Positions 45,852 to 58,471 of a stretch of DNA of 64,000 bases are shown here, one piece after another; within the stretch, counting starts at the first letter, position 1, and the number at the start of each line of letters is the position of its first letter. The notes beneath the pieces are model-generated. The model saw only the letters and a list, made by a program, of their open reading frames with translations, had not been told where the DNA came from and did not search any database. The position numbers and the translations under genes were made by a program. This DNA comes from Somniosus microcephalus (Eukaryota): positions 385,640,001 through 385,704,000 of the forward strand of contig CM126202.1 of assembly GCA_052327205.1 (NCBI GenBank). The letters run 5' to 3'.

Positions 45852-47984
45852 ATTAAATCAAGCCACTGCCAGGCCTCCAGCGCCATTATTTTTCAGTGGC
45901 GGTGGAGTGAAAACTGGCTTAAATGCAAGAAAATTGCAATCACCATTGATTTCATGGTGGGGTGGGGGCTGTGATAATTACCTTCCAGCTGTTTTTGTGG
46001 CGGGTAATGACAGAGCGACCCGAAAGTCTCAGGAAAATATGGAGTGGCATAAATAATGGTGTAAGTCACTTACTCCATAATTTCTTCTTTCTTTTGTGCC
46101 GTTCAAGGGTCCCCACATCTGGGCCATTATTCCAGGATCTTTCAAAGTGCGCCAACAATCCATCCACAATGTACAAACTCGCACAAGTACACCAGATGCT
46201 GTCTTAGTTCATATTAAAGCACTATTGGATACTCATAGTAACAATACTTTTGAAATTCAACACTGGAATAATAGTTTAAATAAAATACCCCACAGATCCC
46301 CAAATAAATTCTTGTAAAATTAAAGAGTATTTTATTTAATAATAGCTACTTCCCCAATACATTTTTAATATTTTAATGCTCTTGGACCAATATAATATGC
46401 AACATTAATATCCATGTAACATGGTGACTGCTCCAACCCCATCTCAAATTGTGAAAAGTGTCACAGTCCAGTAAACAAAATAGGAGCGATTTACTGCCGG
46501 GTTTGCTTAGGGTTTGAAGAGCAGATTCATATTGGCTCCTGCAAACCCTGATCTTACTTCTTGGGTTGAAAGGGCTATGGAGCCTGCTGACATTTGTTAC
46601 AAACTTCTGGTCTGCGCAATATATTTTTTGGGCGTTCCTGGTCATTGGTCACTCCCTTAAGCAGATCTCTCATCCCCTGTGAACTGGAGGGTATCTTTAC
46701 TACCCAATATCTAATTAAACTATAGCATGACCCAGAGACTGTAAAATGACCCTACATTATGTGTATTAGATGCTGTGATATCACATTTGCCCCCCACTTG
46801 CGTTTCTCCCATCTTGCAGAAGACGGATTAAAAAGCACTCTGAGACAAGGCCAATTGTAAACCAACAAACTGGTTTATTGCATGAAATACATGAATCAAC
46901 AGAGTACTGTTTTCACAGCGAAATTTACTTTTTTCCTATTGTTTCTTGTAATGAGAAATATTAAATTACACAAAATTGCATTTTGATATGAGACTGTCTT
47001 ACTTTAGAAGTCAGCATCACTGAATTGACTCGCACTAACTTTAGTAAAAGAGCCATCTCTCCCTCTTGGACTGTTCCTGACCCAAAATCTGTGCTGGACT
47101 TTCATTTTTCCCAGAGAGAGGAAACCAAAAACTTAGCATCTGCCCGGCCCCTGGCTTTCATTAAGGATTGGTTCACTGAACTGAAAAATCAAATACTACC
47201 ATCTCAAATGAGGAACCTTCCCCCCACCTTGGTATGGGAGCCATGGCACCTACATTGCCTGTTTAGCTAGGCCTCCGGTTGTATTCAATGAATGAAACCC
47301 ATTCAATATTATAGGTGCAAACCTCTCAAGAATGTATTAACAGCCACCCCCTGCCCCATTGCCTCAAGTTAATCTGATTTGTGAAAAACACAATTCTGAG
47401 ACAACTGGTATTCCAGCTAATTGCCCTAAACAGCATCCCAATAGCTTGTGTGTTACTAGAAGTTAACACCGAATGAACCAAAATTAATTTCATAGCAACG
47501 TCATATTATAAATGAACCCCAAACTACCTCCAGGCCAAATAGGTACAAAATCTCGATGTGACATTGTGATTGTAACATTGTATGTACACAATGACGTATC
47601 ACACAGTTAGTAAAATTTCTAAGCAATTATAAAAATCAGTATTATCCCAGGAGGAACAACCAATTCTACAAAGCTTTTCCCTTCAATTTCCATTTTTCAC
47701 GCTTTCCTAGCAAACTTCCAGCCATACCTTTCCTCTACTCTGCGCTTCTGAACCCAAACTGCAGCAAATTGAATTTACATTATGGTTTGTGATCTGGCAC
47801 AGGGAGTTTCACTTCTGGTTCTGAAGTTTAATATGATCTAGTAATGCTACTGCAACCACTTTGCTGCGATACTAAAGATAGTGTGTAAATGCATCCTTGC
47901 ACTTTGACGAGAATCCCTGTGTGCTTGAGCCTGTATTAATTTTGTCTATTACATTCCATGTTTAAATAGAAGCACAACATCATA

Positions 47985-49142
47985 GTACTTTACAGCATAG
48001 AAGGAAATTATTCAGTCCATCATGCTATGCTGGATCTCTGAAAGAGCTATCCATTTAATCCCATTCCTCTTTTTTTCCCATATCCTTCCCTTTTACATTT
48101 TTCTTTTTTCAAAACATTATCCATTTTCCTCTTGAAAGCTATTATAGATGTTTCTTCCACACAGTTCTTAATAGGACATTCCACGCCCCAAACAACCCTT
48201 TGTGTCAAAGGTTCTCCTAATCTCGCCTGTGGCTCTTTTAATGATTATCGTAAATTTATGGTCTCCAGTTACCAATTCACCAACAGTGGGAATTGTTTCC
48301 CCTATTTACTTTATCGAAACATTTCACATTTTTCAATATCTCTATCAAATCTCCTCTCAATGTTTATTCTAATGAAAAGAGCCCCAATTTCTCTAGTATC
48401 TTCTTATAACTAAAGCCAGTTTCCCTGGTACCATCTTAGTAAAAACAAGACAGAACTTGTGACCACAGAATGTCCCAAAGCACTTCACAGCCAATTAATT
48501 ACTTTTTGAATTGTACTCACTATTATAATTTGTGCACAGCAAGGTCCCTCAAACAGCAACGATTTAAATGACCAATTAAACTGTTCCAGTGGTGTTTCTT
48601 GAGGGATAAATGTTGGTCAGCGTACCAAGAGAATTTCCCTTCTCTTCTTTGAATGGTGCCATGGGGTCTTTTATATCTACCTGAGAAGACAGACATAACC
48701 TCGGTTTAATATCTAATCCAAAAGACAGCATCTCCTCAGTACTGCACTGAAGTATCAGCCAAGATTATGTGCTCAAGTCTTAGAGTGGTACTTGTAACCA
48801 TGACCTTCTGACTCAGAGGTAAAGGTGTTACCAATGAGCCAAAGCTGAAACCAATCATTCCTATACCCATTCCATGGCCTTACCATCCTTTCTAAAGTAG
48901 GCCACCCAAAACTGCACATAGTATTCTCACTGCAGCCTAACCAATGATTTATATAAGTTTAGCATTACCTCTTTGATTTTGTACTCTATGTCCCTATTTA
49001 TAAAACTTAGGATCCAATATGCTTTTATGGCTTTATAAATTTGTTCCCCCAATTTTAAAGATCTTTATCTGAACTCTGGAGTCTCTCTGCTCATCCACTT
49101 AGTTTATAGTTTTACCATTTAGTGTATATGTCCTGTCCTTAT
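47985..49142 (-). mobile_element. Old CR1 3' portion interrupted by a SINE; resumes at about 50245-50305
   Basis: Decayed CR1 3' UTR/RT sequence (CCAAAACTGCACATAGTATTC..). Confidence 0.7.
48445..48852 (-). mobile_element. DeuSINE / SacSINE1-like SINE
   Basis: CCTCAGTACTGCACTGAAG, GTGCCATGGGGTCTTTTA and tRNA-like head at 48790-48850. Confidence 0.75.
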
Positions 49143-50087
49143 ATAAGAACAAAGAATTAGGAGCAGGAGTAGGCCATATGGCCCCTCGAGACTGCTCCCC
49201 CATTCAATAAGATCATGGCTGATCTTCGACCTCAACTCCACTTTCCTGCCCTATCTCCATATCCCTTGATTCCTCTAGAATCCAAAATCTATCTATCTCA
49301 GCCTTGAATATACTCAATGACTGAGCATCCACAGCCCTTTGGGGCAGAGAATTCCAAAGATTCACAACCCTCTGAGTGAAGAAATCTCTCCTCATCTCGG
49401 TCTTAAAAGGCTGACCCCTTATCCTGAGACTATGCCCCCTAGTTCTAGACTCTCCAGCCAGGGGAAACAATCTCTCAGCATCTAGCCTGTCAATCCCCCT
49501 CAGAATCTTATATGTTTCAATGAGATCACCTCTCATTCTTCTAAACTCCAGAGGGTATAGGCCCAATCCACTCAATCGATCCTCATAGGACAACCCTCTC
49601 ATCCCAGGAATCAATCTAGTGAACCTTCCTTGCACCTCTAAGGCAAGTATATCCTTGCTTAGATAAGAATAGCAAAACTGTGCACAGCACTCCAGGTGTG
49701 GTCTCACCAAGGCCCTGTACAATTGTAGTAAGACTTCCTTACTCTTGTACTCCAACCCCCTTGCAATAAAGGCCAACATGCCATTTTCCTTCCTAATTGC
49801 TTGCTGTATCTGCATGCTAACTCTGTGTTTCCTGTATGAGAACACCTAAATCTCTCTGAACACCACCATTTAATAGTTTCTCACCATTTAAAAAATATTC
49901 TGTTTTTCTATTCTTCATACCAAAGTGAATAACCCCACATTTCCCCATATTATGCTCCATCTGCCACCTTATTGCCCACTTACTTAACTTGTCTATAACC
50001 CTTTGCAGGCTCTTTGTGTCCTCCTCACAGCTTACTTTTCCACCTAGTTTTGTATCGTCAGCAAACCTGGATACATTGCACTCGGCC
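49143..50087 (-). mobile_element. CR1 3' half
   Basis: 210-aa ORF with LYRALVRPHLE..RRMRGDLIETYK and a TTCTTAT tail. Confidence 0.92.
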
Positions 50088-51256
50088 CCTCCTTCCGCGA
50101 CCGGTGGGCGCCGCGGGGACTGGAGTGCATCATCACCCCGGCCAATTAAATTTTAATTTAATTTGTTAAGGTTACTTTAAGGTTTTATTAATTTACAGAC
50201 CAATTGTTTAAACACCCAACACAAAAGAGTACACTTGGTCCCTTCATTTCCAAAATGTATGCCCTCACATTTCTCCACATCAAATTTCACCGAATACCTA
50301 TTTGCCTAATCTAGGGTAGTCGGATCCAATTGAATCTACTTCTCTAACGGAAACACTGCCACATGTGTAGTTCTATGCACTTGTGTTTGATGATGGCCCA
50401 CGTGCCTAGTCTATACTGTAAATATAGCACAATTACTACAACAGCTATGCTGTGATTAGTGTGTTTATCCAGTTTCTTTTTCACTATCAGTCACGTTTTA
50501 ATCACTCTTATATGTGTTTATAGCATAGGGATTTACAACTCCTTGTGAAGTGCTATGACCATTTTAGTGACTTGCATTATGTAATCACTAATATTCACAT
50601 GTATTCGCCCTGTATGGGTGGTTATCACTTATTACATATTTTAATGGGATTGTGACTCAGTCCTGTATGGAATTAATTGTCTTATATTGTAATATTCTGA
50701 CCTGTTCTAATTCCTCATATAGTTAAATTGTCCCATTATTGACTGTGATTTCGGTATAATTGTTGTCCCAGCGTCGACTGTGGTGATGTGAATGTAACTG
50801 TTGGATCATCACTGACTTTTGTGACTTCTATGATGACCTTATCCCATCACAGAATGCTCTATTGTAATTGTCTTATATAGTTATGTTGCCCCATGACTGA
50901 ACGCTATATTGTAATTTCTACCTATATGTCGTCCAAATTGTGACTGTCCTATTGCGATTCTCCATACATATATTGCTCTACCCCCGATAATTCTGTTATG
51001 ATTCCCCCGGCACATGTAATCCCTTTGAATCTGATTCCTTTCTCCAATTGCCTGTTGCATTGCGATCTATACTTGTTTATGTTCATGTGACCTTGTTACT
51101 AGGGCTGTGAACGTCGCAATGTGATTGGCATTGGTGCCAATGACGACACGACAGAGGGTAGTGTCTGCAGTTCCAGCTGATTCTGATCACATTGTGGGAA
51201 CACAGGACAACAGATGCGGAGACAGATCTACTTCTACAACAACCACTTAGACTTGC

Positions 51257-51298
51257 ATGGAAAAGGCCGAGGCTTGTTTCAGTCCTGATCCCACGGCT
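51257..51298 (+). other. Possible first coding segment (MEKAEACFSPDPTA) ending at a consensus donor
   Basis: ATGG start and GCT|GTAAGT donor in CpG-retaining unique DNA; possible acceptor at 51102. Confidence 0.25.
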
Positions 51299-52247
51299 GT
51301 AAGTCCACATAAGTAGTTCATAACACTGTAATGATAGCGCTGCCACTTTAAATAGTCTTGGAATTTCAGAAGGTATATTCAACAGCTTCACTGTTGGTCT
51401 AGTTCTGTACGGTCATGTAGAGACCAACACTAGCCTTAACTCGGTTTAACTATTGAGCGCATGATTATCTGAGTCATTTATTATTGGCGTGCTATCTTAT
51501 AATCGCAACATAACAGCAACACTTTAGTAACTAAATTTCAAATAAAGGCGGAAGATCTTGGAGCTTTTAAAAATCGATGCACAGATCGCCCTGAATTGTT
51601 CTGTGAGGTTGTGTTTTCCTCTCCCCACTTTCTTATTTTCACGCGAAGAACGCTTTTTGAGAGTTTTTTTTTTGATGTTTACAATTTGTACCTCTGTCAT
51701 CAATTCACATGTTTTTTTGTAAACAGCCACTTCACCTACGAACACTAAAAAGGACGTTAAAATCACGCTGAACATAAAGGTCTTCCTTAGCAGTGTCAGG
51801 AGCGTTTTGTGATGTGACTGAGGGAGTCCCCTCAATAAATGGGTCTTTATTCACAGGGCAAACGCCATAAAGGCAAGCGAATGTCTGCAGCACTCGCCCG
51901 CCCCCACTGCATTTTTTGTGTCGACACGGTAGATTAGATCTTTTTATTATTTTGTTAGTTATTTTTTTCACAGGTGCCAATCGTGAACTTGCACACGATT
52001 ATTTCATTTTAAAATGTGAAACCAAATTACATCCCATCAATCCCAAAACAAAAAATCGTGTTTTCATGGTCCTGCACACAGTTAAACTCTACAATGTATT
52101 TATTGACAGCAAGGCAACGATAAAGATTATCCGGCTCCATCATAGTCTCAGTGTTTGGTACCAGTGTTCCACTTGCAATCAAGTGGGATTTAATGTAGTT
52201 TTAGAGTAAGTTATTCTAAGTGGGTGCCGGGCACCAGGGCATTTATG

Positions 52248-53368
52248 TAGATATTTATGGATTTTCAGAAGACATTCCATAAGATTCCTCACAAAAAAGG
52301 TTATTAAACAAAATTAGCTCTCATGGAATTGGGTGTAATATACTAGCATGGACTGAGGATTGGTTAACGGACTGAAAACAGAGAGTAGGAATCAGAGGGT
52401 CATTTTCAGGCTGTAACTCGTGGGGTTACTGCAAGGATCAGTGCTTGGGCCTCAACTATTCACAATCTACATCAATGATTTGGATGAGGGGACCAAATGT
52501 AATATATCCAAGTTTGCTGATGATACAAAGCTGGGTGGGAATGCAAGTTGTGAGGATGCAAGGAGGCTTCAAGGGGATATAGACAGGCTAAGTGAGTGGG
52601 CAAGAACATGGCAAATGGAATATAATGTGAAGAAATGTGAAGTTATCCACTTTGGTAGAAAAAACAGAAGAGCAGAGTATTTTTAAAATGGTGATAGATT
52701 GGGAAATGTTTGTGTTCAGAGGGACCTGGGTGTCCTTGTACAAGAACCACTGAAAGTTAATATGCAGGTACAGCAAGCAATTAGGAAAGCAAATATGGTG
52801 TATTGGCCTTTATTACAAGAGGATTTGAGTATAAGAGTAAAGATGTCTTACTACAATTGTATAGGGCCCTGGTGAGACCACACCTGGAGTATTATGTACA
52901 GTTTTGGTCTCCTTACTTAAGGAAGGATATACTTGTCAGAGGGAGTGCAACAAAGGTTCACCAAACTGGTTCCTGGGATGGGGGGATTGTCCTATGAGGA
53001 GAGATTGAGTAGACTAAGCCTATATTTTCTAGTGTTGAGAAGAATGAGAGGTGATCTCATTGAAACATACAAAATTCTTACAGGACTTGGCAGGGTAGAT
53101 GCAGGGAGGATGTTTCCCCTGGCTGGGGAGTCTAGAACCAGGGGTCACAGTCTCAGAATAAGGGGTCGGCCATTTAGGACTGAGATGAGAAGAAATTTCT
53201 TCACTCAGTGGGTGGTGAATCTTTGGAATTTTCTACCCCAGAGAGCTGTGGAGGCTCCGTCATTGAGTATATTCAAGACAGAGATCGATAGATTTTTGAC
53301 TATTAAGGGAATCAAGGGATATGGGGATAGTGCAGGAAAGTGGAGATGAGGTCGAAGATCAGCCATGA
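52248..53368 (+). mobile_element. CR1 3' half
   Basis: QGSVLGPQLFTIYINDL, KFADDTKLGG, GYGDSAGKW. Confidence 0.92.
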
Positions 53369-53465
53369 CATTCACCTTGAGAAGAAAAGTAAGAAAACTG
53401 GATGACCTTGTTCCTGCCTATTTATAACCATGGCAGAGACTGTGTAGGAATGTTTAAGGAGCTAA

Positions 53466-54269
53466 GGGCTGGATTTTCTAAGCCCCAAGGAGGCAGGCAT
53501 GGAGGCGGGACAGCCAGTAAATTCGGAGAAAGTGGGGGCGGATGGCGAACCCACCCCGATCCCGCCTCCATGCCCTTTTGCCAGGAGGCGGGAAGATGTG
53601 CTGCTTCGGGTCCCGTCTCCTGGAGGCGGGAAAGGCATTTAATCCTTTTTAAAAAGGATTAGTGCCATTTTACCTTCACAGGTGAAGGCTTCCCGACCTC
53701 AGAACCCCGCCTGGTTGGAAGAGACGTGGAGGAGGTCTGCGGCGGTCGGAGGCACCTGGAAGTAAGATGTAGAGGTGAGTGATGGGTGCAAGTGTGGAGT
53801 GGTAAGTATGCAAGGCGAGTGATAAGTTAAAAAAAATTGTTTACTTACCTTGTTTTCTTCCTACAGCCTTCAGCCATGCTGGATCGGGAGAGCTGACATC
53901 CTCCTTGTCGATTTCACAGACTGGCTGTTGGAACCTCTGAACCAACAGCCATGTGAAATTTAAAAAGTTGAAAGGTTTGATGAGTCCTGAACACAAGGTC
54001 TCATCAAACTACAGAGAATGTCAGTGTTTGACAGCTTCACAGAGCTGACATTTCTTCTTTCAAGAAGCCTTGACAGATAGCACATCTGACATTGACATGC
54101 TTTGTCAGTGACTTCTTCCCTAATTGGCCTGCTGAGCCCGCAGGGCGGGCTTAACAAGCTCAATCAGGGGAAAATCCCTCTGGTTGTTCAGGCGAGGATG
54201 GAGGTGGGACATTGACACAACAAGCAGCAGTCCCGCCTTCAACTTGTCTCCATTCACAAAATCCAGCCC
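53466..54269. mobile_element. Harbinger/Tourist-type MITE (804 bp)
   Basis: Perfect 12-bp TIR GGGCTGGATTTT / AAAATCCAGCCC and TAA TSD (53463-53465 and 54270-54272). Confidence 0.9.
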
Positions 54270-54434
54270 TAAGAGTTTAAGAATCTGTGTTTAAGAATTT
54301 GAGGTGGTAAGCCCCAAAATCTGAGCAGCAGTCTGGTGAGAGCCATGTACACTTTTTACTGTCAATAACTTGGATTTATGTAGCATTTTTAATGTAATAT
54401 AGCAAGGCACTTCACAAAGTGAGACACTGGGAAA

Positions 54435-57400
54435 TAAACATAGAAAACATAGAAGATAGGAGCAGGAGTAGGCCATTCGGCCCCTTGAGGCTGCTCCGCC
54501 ATTCAATGAGATCATGGCGGATCATCCAAACTCAGTACCCTGTCCCTGCCTTCTCCCCATATCCCTTGATCCCTTTAGCCTTAAGAAATATATCTAACTC
54601 CTTCTTGAATATATTTAATGAATTGGCCTCAACTGTCTTCTGTGGTAGAGAATTCCACAGGTTCACCACTCTCTGGGTGAAGAAATTCCTCCTCATCTCT
54701 GTCCGAAATGGCTTACCCCTTATCCTTAGACTGTGACCCCTGGTTCTGGACTCCCCCGCTATCAGGAACATCCTTCCTGCATCTAGTCTGTCTAGTCCTG
54801 TTAGAATTTTATAAGTTTCAGTGAGATCCCCTCTCATTCTTCTAAACTCCAGCGAGTATAAGCCCAATCAACCCAATCTCTACTTATACGTCATTACTGC
54901 CATCCCAGGTATCTGTCTGGTGAATCTTCGCTGCACTCCCTCGATGGCAAGAACATCCTTCCTCAGATAAGGCGACCAAAACTGCACACAATACTCAAGG
55001 TGTGGTCTCACCAAGGCCCTGTACAACTGCAGCAAGACATCCTTGTTGCTGTATTCGAACCCTCTCGCTACGAAGGCCAACATACCATTTGCCTTCTCAA
55101 CCGCCTGCTGCACCTGCATGCTAACCTTTAGTGACTGGACACCCAGGTCTCTTTGCACTTCCCCTTCTCCCAATCTATTGCCGTTCAGGTAATAATCTGC
55201 CTTCCTGTTTTTGCCACCAAAGTGGATAACCTCGCAATTATCCACATTATACTGCATCTGCCATGCATCTGCCCAATACACCACATCCACTGGTTCTCCC
55301 TTATCTATTCTACCAGTTACATCCTCAAAAAATTCCAGTAGATTAGTCAAGCATGATTTACCTTTTGTAAATCCATGTTGACTTTGTCCAATCCTGTCAC
55401 TGTTTTCCAAGTGCTCTGCTATTACATCTTTTATAATGGACTCTAGCATTTTCCCCACTACCGATGTCATGCTTACTGGTCTGTAATTCCCCATTTTCTC
55501 TCTACCACCTTTTTTGAACAGTGGGGTAACATTAGCTACCCTCCAATCCATGGGAACTGTTCCAGAGTCTATCGAATTTTGGAAGATGACCAGCAATGCA
55601 TCTACTATTTCTAGGGCCACTTCCTTAAGTACCCTAGGATGTAGATTATCAGGCCCTGGGGATTTATCGGCCTTCAATTGCCTAACACCATTTCCCTACA
55701 AATACTGATTTCTTTCAGTTCCTCCCTCTCATTAGACCCTATGTTCCCCGACATCTCTGGGAGGTTATTTGTGTCCTCCTTTGTGAAGACAGAACCAAAG
55801 TATGTATTTAATTGGTCTGCCATTCCTTTGTTCCCCATTATAAATTCCCCTGATTCTGACTGCAAGGGACCTATGCTTGACTTCACCAATCTTTTTCTCT
55901 TCACATATCTATAGAAGCTTTTACAGTCAGTTTTTATGTTCCCTGCAAGCTTACTCTCATACTCTATTTTCCCCCTCTTAATTAATCCCTTTGTCCTCCT
56001 TTACTGAATCCTAAACTGCTCCCAATCCTCAGGCTTACTGCTTTTTCTGGCCAATTTATATGTCCTCTCCTTGGATCTTATGCTATCGCTAATTTCCCTT
56101 GTTAGCTACGGTTGAGTCACCTTTTTTGTTTTATTTTTATGCCAAACTGGGATGAACAAATTCTGTAGTTCATCCATGCGATCTTTAAATGTTTGCCATT
56201 GCCTATCCACCGTCAACCCTTTGAGTAACATTCCCCAATCAATCCTACCCAACTCGCGCCTCATACCATCGTAGCTTCCTTTATTTAAATTGAAGACCCT
56301 AATCTCTGAGTCAACTACTTCACTCTCCATCTTAATGAAGAGTTCTATCATATTGTGATCGCTCCGCCCCAAGGGGCCTCGCACCACAAGATTGCTAATT
56401 ATTCCTTTCTCATTACATAATACCCAGTCTAAGATGGCCTGATCTCTAGTTGGTTCCTCGACATGTTGATCCAGGAAACCATCCCATATACACGCCAGAA
56501 ATTCCTCCTCCACAGTATTGTTACCAATTTGGTTAGCCCAATCTATATGTAGATTAAAGTCACCCATGATAACTGCTGTGCCCTTATTGCACGGGTCTCT
56601 AATTTCCCATTTAATGCCATCCCCAACCTCCGCATTGCTGTTTCGGAGTCTGTATACAACTCCCACTAACGTTTTCTGCCCCTTGGTATTTCTCAGCTCT
56701 ACCCATACAGAATCCACATCAGAGCTAATATCCTTCCTTACAATTCTGTTAATCTCCTCTTTAACCAGCAATGCTACCCCACGTCCTTTTCGCCTGTCTT
56801 TCCTGAATATTGAATACCTTTGGATGTTGAGTTCCCAGCTTTGGTCACCCTGGAGCCATGTTTCCGTAATCCCAATCATATTATATACGTTTACATCTAT
56901 TTGCGCAGCTAATTCATCCACCTTATTATGAATGCTCCTCGCAATAAGACGCAAAGCCTTCAGGCTTGTTTTTTTTTTTTAACACTCTTAGACCTTTTAG
57001 AATTATTATTTACTGTGGCCATGTTTGATTTAAACCCTTGATTTCTCTGACGGCCACTTTTGCTTTTCTCCTTCCTGTCTTTTGCTTCTATCCTTGTTTC
57101 CCTTTCCTCTGTCTCCCTGCACAGGTTCCCAACCCCCTGCCATTTTAGATTAAACCCTCCCCCACAGCACTAGCAAACACTCCCCCTAGGACATCAGTCC
57201 CAGTCCTGCCCAGGTGCAAACCGTTCAGTTTGTACTGGTCCCACCTCCCCCAGAACCGGTTCCAATGTCCCAGGAATTTGAATCCCTCCCCCTTGCACCA
57301 TTCCTCTAGCCACGTATTCATCTGAAATATCCTTCTATTTCTACGCTGACTAGCACGTGGCACTGGTAGCAATCCTGAGATTACTACCTATTGAGGTCCT

Positions 57401-57912
57401 ATTTTTTAATTTACCTCGTAACTCCCTATATTCAGCTTTTAGGACCTCATCCCGGTTTTTACCTATACCGTTGGTACCTATATGCACCACGACAACTGGC
57501 TGTTCACCCTCCCCTTCAAAAATGCTCTGCAGCCGCTCCGAGACATCTTTGACCCTTGCACCAGAGAGGCAACATACCATCCTGGAGTCTCGTTTACGGC
57601 CACAGAAACGCCTATCTATTGCCCTTACAATAGAATCCCCTATTACTATAGCTCTCCCACTCTTTTTCCTTCCGTCCTGAGCAGCAGAACCAACCACGGT
57701 GCCAGGAAGTTGGCTGCTGCTGCCTTCCCCCGATAAGCCATCTCCCTCAACAATATCCAAAGCGGTATATCTGTTTGAGAGGGGGATGTCCACAGGGAAC
57801 CCCTGCACTACCTGCCTGCGCCTACTACTCTGCCTGGCGGTCACCCATTCCCTTCCTGCCTGTGCAGCCTTTACCTGCAATGTGACCAACTCATTAAACA
57901 TGCTATCCACGT
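54435..57912 (-). mobile_element. CR1 LINE with esterase ORF1 and internally deleted ORF2
   Basis: ORF1 VIGDSIVR, HIGTN, GLHL (SGNH hydrolase); ORF2 EN/RT peptides; jump DVVY|WADAWQM at about 55277; TTTCTATG-repeat tail. Confidence 0.93.
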
Positions 57913-58189
57913 GCTAAAGGATGAGCAAGTTAATTGAAGGTAAAAAAATAACTTTTTATAATGCTTCTGACATGTGGGGGTTGATTTTAATTGTTCCCGC
58001 TGAGCAGGAAATGGGCGGCAGCTGGTCGGCTGCTTGTTTTACGCCTCGCGAGGAAGAGTTAAAATCAACCTTATGGTTGGCATCCACATGTAAGCTGATA
58101 ACATCCTTGACCATCGTTCCATCAGTTTTCTCAACCTCTTCAATGTCTCTGTGCTATCAGACTGCTTGTCTGACATCTAGTTTTGGATA

Positions 58190-58470
58190 GGTTGCAATTT
58201 CTAAACATTGGGAACACCGAAGCTATCATCATCAACACCCCAGTATCCTTACCACTGACTCCATCCCACTCCCCAACTATTGACTTGGGCTAAACCAGAC
58301 TACTTGCAACCTTGGCATCCTCTTCAACATTGAGCTGAGATTATGACTCCATATCCTATCCAACACACAGACCACCAATTTCCACTTCCATCTTTTGCAC
58401 CAACCTCAGGCCATCAGCTGCTGAAACCCTCATCCATACCTTTTTTAATTCCAGACTCAACTATTCTGAT
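58190..58470 (+). mobile_element. Old L2 fragment
   Basis: GCAACCTTGGCATCCTCTTC.., GCTGAAACCCTCATCCAT..TCCAGACTCAACTATTC (AETLIH..SRL.Y). Confidence 0.6.
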
Positions 58471-58471
58471 C

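Larger units (their letters stand above)
39583..46125. mobile_element. Outer Harbinger-type MITE hosting nested insertions
   Basis: ATT|GGCCCCAGAT ... ATCTGGGCC|ATT, giving an imperfect TIR with matching 3-bp flanks. Confidence 0.45.
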
